NCBI GenBank assembly: GCA_016906335.1
Contig: JADEYG010000007.1
Coordinates: 1,364,001 to 1,428,000 of the forward strand
DNA: 64,000 nt
Source: Novakomyces olei
Taxonomy: Eukaryota
Direction: 5' to 3'
The notes beneath the pieces are model-generated. The model had not been told where the DNA came from. It worked only from the letters and a program-made list of their open reading frames with translations, and searched no databases. Shown here piece by piece: positions 54,995 to 64,000 of the stretch. Numbering within the stretch: position 1 is the first letter of the stretch; every line of letters begins with the position of its first letter. Made by a program: the position numbers and the translations under genes.

Positions 54995-57900
54995 CTACAA
55001 TTTCAGCTCTGCCACGATCTTGTTTGCCAGCGACTTGTACTGCCAGGAATTGCCACTGATGCGTTTAAACTGTACTCCGTGTAACTGCAGCAGCGATACC
55101 TTGACAATGTAGGCCTCAAACTTGACCGACATATCAGCCACAGCCACCGTATCCTCATCGCCTACTTGAGCCCCCGTGTCCCGACCTCCAGACTCACCAG
55201 ACTCGCCTGATTCTGTTGAAGAGATCCGCGAAAGCGACACGTCTCCACGACCTGTCCCTCCTCGCCGGGAAAGGGACCGCCGAAGCTTACCACTTTCCTC
55301 CTGACCGCCACCCACATCGATGCTTGGGCTATGAACACACAGGAAGCCTCCTTTGATCTCTTTACGCTGAACGCCGAGTCGGTCCAGCACCTGTACCAAA
55401 TCTGCTCTGATCCGTTCAGGAGATTTAGTCGATGTCGTCTGCGAGCTGAAAAGACCACGCAGAAAGACGGGACGTACATAATCCGACCTTGTATCGGCTT
55501 TCAAGTCTGACCTTGACAAACTGCCCTGACCGGACTCTAATAAACTCTGTAAATTCTGCTGCTGCTGCTGCTGCTGATGCTGATGAATCTGCTGATGAAT
55601 TTGCTGCTGCTGATTCTGATTCTGATTCCTATTACCGTCCCTTTCTGACACAGAAGCACTGGCAGCAGTGCTGTCGGAAATAACCTCTCTTCTTCTCGAC
55701 CTGAAATTCGACTGTTTGCCCTGGACATGGCCCATTGACCGAGCTCTTGTGGCAAAAGAACTGCCGCCAGTACTGGCTGCTGAACTCGCTGACCGAGCAA
55801 CTGCACTGCTGCCATTACTACGAGATCCAAGGGACATTGAGCCAGACTCGTGGTGGGGATTAGAGACAGAGACGGCTCGGCCAGACGCGTCTCCAAACGC
55901 AGTCTGTCCCACAGCGGCACTGCCATGCTGGCCCAGCATTACCGCCTGAGCAATTTCAGCATTAGCCTCAGGCGTGGAAAAGGGCTGCTCTCCCAGCTGA
56001 GCACTCTGATCACGAGTCCTCCGTGAAATGGAGAGAGATTTGCGAGGCGTACTGATCTGTGGCTGAGGAGCGGTAGTGGCTGCATTAGCAGTATTTGCAT
56101 TAGCAGAGCCGTAAGCTGTTTCATAGTGCAAAGGTGGTAGAGCGGGTGGAGCCTCAGCGGCATTTGCAGAGACAGAGGCATTTGCAGGCAAATGCTCAGC
56201 CTCTGCCTTTGTCACAGGAGACCTGTGCTGCTTGCGCCGGGACGACATGCGTCTAAACAGGCTCAGTTTCTTTTCCTGAGCCGGCTGTGCTGGCACAGCC
56301 AGCTGGCCTTGAGCCGGATGAGTATTGGCAGCTTTGCCTTCTGCCAAAGGCAAAGAAGCCGGAGCTGCTCCATTGGCCAAAACAGGAGGTGGAGCACTTC
56401 TTTTCACTGGCGAAGTACTCGGACTGGCCGCTGCCTGAGCAAGCGAGATTTCCCTCATTGCCTGAGCAATTTCGCCTTCCCCATCCGTTCTTGCACGTGG
56501 CCGGGTCGTCGTGCTCGAGCCAGCAGACACGTGCCTCGACTCATTGCTGCCGGCCGACGTGCTCTGGTACGAGGCCTCTGGCAGAGAGACTTTGGGGAGA
56601 CGCAGCTCTATTCGAGGCGCCGCCGAGGCTGCCTGCCTGTCGTACTGCTTGCCTTCATTTGTATTTAAATTTGCATTTAAATTTGTATTTAAATTTGTAT
56701 TTAAATTGGCATTTAAATTGGCATTTAAATTGGCATTTGCCTGGCTGGCAGTCTGATTTATTGCTGGCTTATTGCCACCCTGCCTCGTGCAGGCCTGCTC
56801 TTCACGCTCCTGCTTCTCCTGGACGAGGTAGTACACGGAAATGATCGGGTCTATAGGGAAATGCTCGAGCTGCGTATCAGAGACAGTACCTGCGGCAAGA
56901 CTGTCAGCTTTCAGAGCAGGTCCCGTGCCCATATTGTGCCAAGGAGCAGGCTGGTGCTGTGCCGCTGTGCTGGCAATTGGCTGTACCACATTCTGCAAGT
57001 TTTGGTCCGCCTTTCGAGACCACAGTGATTCGAGTATAGACCGACGCTTTTCCCCACGAGGGCTCGGCGAACGGTCGCATACTCTGAGAGAGGCCAGCTG
57101 CTTGTACGCATCAGAGCCAATTATTTGCTCCAGTCGCCGTTTGATTTCGGGTTCCGTTCCAAACTGAAACCCAGTCATCCCGGCAACTGTCTTTTCGCTC
57201 AACGGCAGGGTCAGAGGGGGCCGGTGAGGCAGGTATATTTCTGGCAGAGAATCGTAGCCTTTTAGGATCCAAGGGTGGTGCATTACCTCCACCAGATCGG
57301 CCCTCTGTGCTGGGCTTACGACCAGCATTCGGCTCAGCAGTGAGCGGCAGTCGTTTGACAGCCAGCTCGGGTATTCAACGTGGCCCTGCTTGATTTTACG
57401 GTGCAGGGCTTGCATGCTCTGATCGTCAAAGGGGACTTTGCCACAGACAAGCACATAGAGGACTACACCAAAGGACCATACATCGATCTCTGGCCCAACG
57501 TACGGTTTGGCATTAAGAAGCTCGGGGGCTGCAAAGTACAGCGATCCGCAAAAGGTGTTTAGCAGTGAATTGACCGAGTATAAATTGGACAGTCCGAAAT
57601 CGATTATTTTGATGTTTCCGTCCTTGGAAATAAGGATGTTTTCAATTTTCAAGTCTGTCAATTTGGGTTAGAAATGAAGCACAAGGTGAGTACAGCGCTG
57701 AGGGCAGAGGAAAAGATAAAAGCAAAAGCATAGCAAGAGCAAATACGGAGAAAGAGATCGATACAAGGAAAGGGTGCATGGATAATATAAAACATACCAC
57801 GGTGAACTATAGAGTTGCGGTGAAGGTAGGCGAGAGCGCTAGCTATTTGCCGAGAGAACTTGCGGGCCTGTTTTTCTTTAAGCTTCCCATGGCTGATGAT

Positions 57901-58756
57901 ATAATCGAGCATTTGTCCGCCGTCCACGTACTCGTAAACCATGTAATAGTGCCTCTCGGTAGTGAATACGTCTCGCATAGCGCAAATATAAGGATGCCGA
58001 AGCAATAGTCCCATAGCAACTTCACGAATTGTCCGTATTTCTTTGCTCTTGTCCTGTGAAACTTGCCGGTTGTCTGCACTTGGGGCCGTAGGGTTGGCAC
58101 GATTCACGCTTGCACGTGCAATTATCTTGACCGCCCCTTGTTCGCCCGTAACAACGTTGGTAGCAATTTTAACTTTCCCGGTAGACCCGGCTCCAATCGT
58201 CCGGCCGAGCACCCAGTCTCCCAACTGTCTCCGCCGGGCGGGAGACTGTGCTGGCTGCTGAGGCGGAGGAGGCCGCCGGGGGTCTTCGTACCCTGGGCCG
58301 CTGCCATTGTATGACGTAGCATAGTGAGAGTGGGCAATAACATTAGGGTCTGGTAGGGGGGCAGCTGGGTCCATACCGTACCGCTCCCTTCCATTTTCAC
58401 GTATACTTCCCTGACGCTAAAGAGTCGTTAATACGAGTCGAGCGACGCTTTGATAAAAAAATAAAAAAATAGACAAAATCAAATTAAAAATAAATTAAAA
58501 ATAAATTAATAAATTAATAAATTAATAAATTAATAAATCAATAAATCAATAAATCAACAAATCAATGAATTAATAAAATTAAAAAGCGCGGTCATTAAAC
58601 GTGACAAAAACTTTTTAAAAAAGGATAAAGTGTAATTCATACAGTCACAGTGGCCGATCGCTGTCGCGGTGGCGCCACAAGCTCTGCCGTCTCGAGATTA
58701 TCATGTGGATTCTCCGCCCGATGAACAACAGGCTGATTTGCAAAGGTATGAGCCAT
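54995..58756 (-). CDS. kin1: Kin1/Kin2 (MARK/PAR-1) kinase with KA1 domain; 3 exons
   Basis: IGAGSTGKVK, SKEIRTIRE, HRDLKIENILIS, TFCGSLYFAAPELL, and the KA1 end LHGVQFKRISGNSWQYK. Intron 57655-57797, plus an in-frame upstream exon (ATG 58756) via intron 58417-58642. Confidence 0.93.
56658..56740 (-). repeat. 12-bp coding repeat (N[A/T]NL)n in Kin1
   Basis: ANANLNANLNANLNTNLNTNLNANLNTN in the translation. Confidence 0.9.
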
Positions 58757-59203
58757 TATTCAAACCTGCTACTGGAAAAACTGCACCAGTGTCTCGTAAT
58801 GGCCCAGTCCTCCTCAGGACACAGTGGTACGGACTTGTTGAGGAGAAAAAGTAGAGGAAAACAGATCAAAACAGGTAAATCCACGCGGCAGGACAGCAAA
58901 AACTAGAGACACAAAGATCGCAGTTTTAAGGCCGTGCAGTACCAAAAGGCACGCAGCAATAGTGCGGATTGACTACACTACGACGGGCGAGTACGATACA
59001 TAAGTGAGGCCGCGTGCTGTTTGTGTGGAGGGAGTGTTTGTGCCTTTGTCGGTCTCTGAGGTATAGTGTTTGGTTTACACTATTATTTACGCTATTTTTA
59101 ACACGCATAGCAGAGTGTAAAAGTAATACAACGAACACAAGTCTAGGCGGGCGTGTACTTGCGCGACTGACTCGATGATATAATAACTTTACTGTGTAAT
59201 GCG

Positions 59204-59319
59204 AGTCTCTTACTCTATTAGTCTCTTACTTTGTTAGCGCCTATTTTGTTAGTCTCTTACTTTGTTAGTCTCTTACTTTGTTAGTCTCTTACTTTGTTAG
59301 TCTCTTACTTTGTTAGTCT
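59204..59319. repeat. 16-bp tandem repeat TTAGTCTCTTACTTTG (about 7 units, some degenerate)
   Basis: Read directly upstream of kin1; no spacers. Confidence 0.9.
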
Positions 59320-59840
59320 GTTATAAGTCCTACTTATTATACTTGCTGTTGTACGGGACGTACGAGACACGTGTCTCCAACACGTGACCTGCGAACCCGT
59401 GTGCCGCACAAACAGATTGACTGAGTATTATAGTAAGACGAATTATGCAGCCAGTCGTTAGTACTACAATGTGTGTACAAAAATTGGCTGTCAGAGTTTG
59501 GGCTCATTCATGGTTGGTGGAGGCACTTGTCTGCGCGTGTATATGAACGTGTTTTCTTTCAAGATTACTTGCGGACTTGGCGTGGTGATTGGAAGATGCC
59601 ACGTGAAAAAGTGTGATGTACAAAAATGGTAGAAAAGATAATATGTAGAATAAGAACTGTAGAAGAGTAACTGTAGAAGAGCAACTGTAGAACAATGTAG
59701 AGTAATATAAAAAAATACTATATGAAATAGATTGATTAGATGGCACTGGTAGATGCGAAAAGGACTCGTTCGACTCTTGCATTTTACATTCGCATACTCG
59801 ACATTCACTTGGCATTACACATTATCGCCAATGGCAGAAC

Positions 59841-60978
59841 TTAGTCCTTACTCACTCGCGCCCTGTACGAGTGGTGAGCCCCATAGGGTTTTTCCCGAGT
59901 GACTAGTACGGTAGGCCGCCAGCGAGGCTCGTTAGCCGCGTTTATGAAACGGCAAGGTTCCAAGCAAATTGCTGCCCGACCAGTATAACGCGTCTTGTCA
60001 TCGCGCTGCACGTCCATACTATCCGCAGTATAGCACTGGAAAGCGGGATCCGTAGTGGCAGCTTCCAAATGTACGTTTGTTCCCGGATGGAAAAGTGAAG
60101 CGTACTGTACCATCGGCTCATCTGCCGTATCAGCCTTATCTTCGTCCGGACGTAGAACAAAACAATTGTCTATAGAAGTAGCGCCCGGTGCAGTTTCCAG
60201 TGTAATGGGGACGGTGCCGCTGCCATTGTCCTCAGTATGCAGTCGGGGGAACGTGGCAATTTCGCCAGTCGGCAAGAGTGATTCGTTTACGACAAGGTAC
60301 TTGTTTGTGATAAACTTTACCACTGTGCCAGCGATACTGCCGGTGTCGGAAATATTGAAAAAGCTATGATTTGTAGTGGCCACAATAGTTTCCCTCACAC
60401 CCGGAGGACCTTGGAGGGAAGCACGATGGAAGAATTCAACAACAGACTCGCCCGAGCTAGTTTCAGAAATGACGTATGTCACTGTGAAACGCACATCGCC
60501 AGGGAACCCTTCAGCGCCGTCGCGAGACAGGTATGAAAATACCAAAGTTGCAGACTCTCCAGCTTGTGCACTTGCCAATTCAAACTGCCACGAGTGCAGA
60601 GAGTTAATACCGCCGTGTAGAGTATTGCCTCCCTCGTTGGCAGTCAACTGGTAATCGCGTCCGTTTAAGCCAATTAGTTTTGCGCCAGCGATACGGTTAG
60701 CCACTCGGCCAATAGTAGCACCTTTTGCAATTAGCGGGTCTAACAGAGTACGAAATATTTGGGCAGACAGTACCAAAGTAAGTGGGGTGCTTTGTGTCCA
60801 CGTATGGTTCGGGAGCATCAAAGTTGAGGGTCAACTCCTTCCACGCCTGCGAGAACAGTTTAACTTTCCACGACTGAATACTCGCGCCAATGTCCGTTAG
60901 TGTTACAGACGAAGATGGGAACTGCACGCGCCATCGATTGTACTCGCCAAAGGGTAACTTTTCGATAGTGCAAGTCAT
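59841..60978 (-). CDS. Aldose 1-epimerase (galactose mutarotase family); 2 exons
   Basis: YFGATIGRVANRI, NEGGNTLHGG, TNHSFFN, QCYTA, ICLEP. Intron 60722-60773. Confidence 0.92.
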
Positions 60979-61411
60979 CTCGAGGAAGTGTGGGCTGTCT
61001 CGAGCGAGCGTTGCTTGTGTGCCTCAAAAGTAGCTGTATCAATATAAAATGGTGACTTTAGGGTTAGGGTTTTGATTGGATTCTTGGCGAACGTTGGGTA
61101 GGCACATCGTGCGAATTAAGCATTGTGACAACGGCAATGGTAAAGTTTATGCATAGAATGAAAAGAAACTTGGCTCCAAAATAATGGAAACTCTATTAAT
61201 ATTTTGTATCCAAAGAATCAATGGACGCTTTACCTTATGAGTATTGGACAGAAGCTGCACAAAATTGTCGATATTTGACCATTTCTATTTAATCAATACC
61301 TTACAATGCACTACTGTACTTCCCCCAAACATTATGCTCCAATAACAAAATCTATAATCAGCCATGCATGGATGCGTGCGTGCGTGCGCGCTTTATGTCT
61401 GTATACACTTT

Positions 61412-63124
61412 TCAAGGTAGAATGCGTTGCCATATAGACGTGTGGCCTTGTCCGCCAACGATCCCCCACCACATAAGGGAGGGAATACTGAGCCACGAGT
61501 TTATGACTAAACGCAGAGCAATTTCAATCTCAGCCAGCTCTTGGCCCATAAAAGACCTGAAAGACCGTGTCCTCTCATCAACGAGTCCCACCAGTTTGCC
61601 TAATGGCCGCGGAAAGTGTCTCTGAGCCAGTAAACTCCATGTTACTGGCTCCCTCTGTACATCTAATTGCCTCCGAAAATCTCGAATGGCTTCTAGCGAG
61701 ATGGCTAGCCGGTCAAATGTGTTAAACAGAGCAACCATCTCTGCTCGTCTAAGCGTAAAGTGTGTCTGTGCCGGATCGTACTCGAATAAAATCTTTAGAG
61801 CCGTGCCAAACCCATTCGTTTGAATTTTTCCCCATAAGCGACACTTGTCACACCCTACACAATCCATGAGGGCAGATACGTTGCGAAAGTGGGAACGAAA
61901 TTCGCTTTTAAGCGAAAGAGACGCGGGGGATTTGGCATTGAAGAGCAAGGACTCGTCAAAGGTCTGAGGCTGTTCAGCTGCCAATTGTACGAGCTCCTGA
62001 AGACGCTGACGGGTAACGTAGTCTTGATCAGGGCTTTCAGCACAAAATGTGTACTCGTCCACATAGCTTTGCAACTTTGTAATAGCTCTCAAGACAAGCA
62101 CATAATCAAAATAAATGTTTTCTAATCGGTCACGGTGCCGGCCGACACGGTCCATAAAACACGCTACGTTCGGGCCCCATTGTCCCGTTGTCTGATTCAG
62201 ATAATTGTGGCATAAATGTGTGGAAATGCTAGCATGCATTCCCGACAGAATGCGATAGAATACTCGCTGTTCCAGGCATACATTATCGCCCTGCAACTCC
62301 TGTATCATTTCCTGTCTCTCCTGTTCCGCACGTTCTTCCTCAGAGACGCCACCCGTGAGTCTGTAATGGTCGAGCAGTACATTATGCAATTGGTGTGTCG
62401 CGTCCTCCTGTGACACTACCGATTTCCTGGACGACTGCGATTCAAATTGCTGAGGGTTCTGTTGGGAAAAGCAGTTTTCCCTGTAAATAGCGTTCCACAC
62501 GCGGTGAGCGTGTGGACCGGCATAACCCGTGTACCTTTCTGGATTGTCGAGTAGGGAGACGTAAACCATATTGTCCTCATCGCTCTCCTCGTCCGCCCGG
62601 CAATAGTCCCGATCTTGCGGGGCTTCTATACTGTGTTTTGGATCATGACTGTCCTTGTCCAGCAAGCAAGAGTCTTGTGTACTTTGACCCAGCTGCCTTG
62701 CAATAGCACGAATTCTGTCCAAAACACTTGGAGCCGCCAGAGGCTCTTTAACCTTGGGGCCTTCTATGCGTCCGAGAGTATGAGCCCGCCAGATTTCTGG
62801 AACACTGGACTCGTCGAGTGTGCTAACAGCGCAAGCGCTGTTCCCACACAGAGCGTCATCGTCGCCCCAAAAGGGGCACTCGTTGCCGTAGAGATTAAGA
62901 CGATAATATCGAAAGTAATCGAGATCGTGAGTGAGATCGTGCAGCCGCGGGTACAGTACGTCGTGGATGCTATCGATATCGTTGAAATTCAGAAACGTTT
63001 CCGGTACTTTACAGGCTCCTGCTCCTTGTAATGTTTGCTCGTCTTTTTCAGACTGCACATTACTGGCAATGCAGCCAGACGTTAGTAGTGCCAACAGGCT
63101 CCATATGCCGACCGGCTTCATCAT
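61412..63124 (-). CDS. ERO1: ER oxidoreductin 1
   Basis: Signal peptide, CPFW..C..AC, NPERYTGY, SGMHASISTH, MDCVGCDKCRLWGKIQ. Confidence 0.96.
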   Translation of the reverse strand: MMKPVGIWSLLALLTSGCIASNVQSEKDEQTLQGAGACKVPETFLNFNDIDSIHDVLYPRLHDLTHDLDYFRYYRLNLYGNECPFWGDDDALCGNSACAVSTLDESSVPEIWRAHTLGRIEGPKVKEPLAAPSVLDRIRAIARQLGQSTQDSCLLDKDSHDPKHSIEAPQDRDYCRADEESDEDNMVYVSLLDNPERYTGYAGPHAHRVWNAIYRENCFSQQNPQQFESQSSRKSVVSQEDATHQLHNVLLDHYRLTGGVSEEERAEQERQEMIQELQGDNVCLEQRVFYRILSGMHASISTHLCHNYLNQTTGQWGPNVACFMDRVGRHRDRLENIYFDYVLVLRAITKLQSYVDEYTFCAESPDQDYVTRQRLQELVQLAAEQPQTFDESLLFNAKSPASLSLKSEFRSHFRNVSALMDCVGCDKCRLWGKIQTNGFGTALKILFEYDPAQTHFTLRRAEMVALFNTFDRLAISLEAIRDFRRQLDVQREPVTWSLLAQRHFPRPLGKLVGLVDERTRSFRSFMGQELAEIEIALRLVINSWLSIPSLMWWGIVGGQGHTSIWQRILP

Positions 63125-64000
63125 GTGAGCCTGGCACAGGTGCCTAGAAAGTTTAACTGTTACGTGTCCTCGTATTCTTGTGCTTAATTAATATCCTTCA
63201 GTACTACGTGTACACACATGCTTTACTAATCATTATATAAGAGAGGCAAGAGAAACTTTGTCGGACATAAACTTTCGTCGGACGATTATAGTTATATTTA
63301 GAAAACGATTATTTCTCGAGAACTTTGGGTTCCTCGATAACTTTGGGGGTACGGTACAAACTGTACTGTCGCCATTTAATACTATAATGTTTGGCGCTGG
63401 TTGTAGACGATGCTTGGTATTAATGTGCCATCCGCTTTATATGAACCAGTAATTTGCTCTTTGCTTCTTGCTGCTATAGTGCCCATTTCACGCCAGACAT
63501 TTTACAAACAACGGTGTATAATGAATGGAAAGTGTGCAATCAGCCTTAATCGACCAGCATGGTAGAGAGCCTTGGGCCGACGTTCACGACTGGAGTTCTT
63601 CTTCAAAGAAACTTGAAAAACCTGTGATCAGTTTAGAAAAAGAAAACAAGTTGAATACCTAAAGTGTTCGAAAAATGGAAATCGTTCAATCATTCAATCA
63701 ACCATTCATTCATTCATTCAGCCAACCATGCTCCTCAACTGAGTCCCTGCTTACTGCTATACCACGGCAATTAACCTGCGATACACTTTATGTATGGGCT
63801 CATGTGACATCGCACTTTTATACATAGAGGCGTAATTTTGTAGTACACTTTGCTTGTCAACGCATTTTCTTTTCCCTATTTCCCTATTTCCCTATTTTTC
63901 TTTTTCCTTTTTCCTAGTTTCCTATTTTCCTACTTGTACGAGATATAACGTGCGGATTGTTATTATGAGCTGTGCTGTTATCCACTAAACTCAGACGACG

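Noticed and set aside
59204-59319. Possible CRISPR-like array
   Set aside because: Head-to-tail 16-bp units without unique spacers, in a eukaryotic context with no cas genes.

Overview
Eukaryotic, fungal (ascomycete) genomic DNA. It is gene-dense, with many short spliceosomal introns (36-295 nt). Gene content and intron style suggest an early-diverging ascomycete, probably Taphrinomycotina; this placement is inference. About 20 protein-coding genes can be reconstructed: Het-C, an Arg81-like Zn2Cys6 TF, a class II aldolase, IPI1, RPC4/RPC53, GCP4, SCY1, a PH-like protein, a Cdc15/Cdc7-like kinase, NTA1, TRM8, DIS3, RSC7/NPL6, a homeobox protein, BCAT, PRP40, Brc1/Rtt107, MetAP, KIN1, aldose 1-epimerase and ERO1. 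The most striking structure is one complete rDNA unit (18S-ITS1-5.8S-ITS2-25S on +, 5S on -). It is not tandemly repeated here and is wedged between ordinary Pol II genes. Directly beside it lie the pre-rRNA processing gene IPI1 and a Pol III subunit gene. Other oddities are a perfect (AAT)111 tract in the DIS3/RSC7 divergent promoter, a homeodomain lacking the invariant Asn51, frequent AAG 3' splice sites, a truncated ES7L, and telomere-like promoter motifs. All exon boundaries were inferred by eye; no database searches were run.
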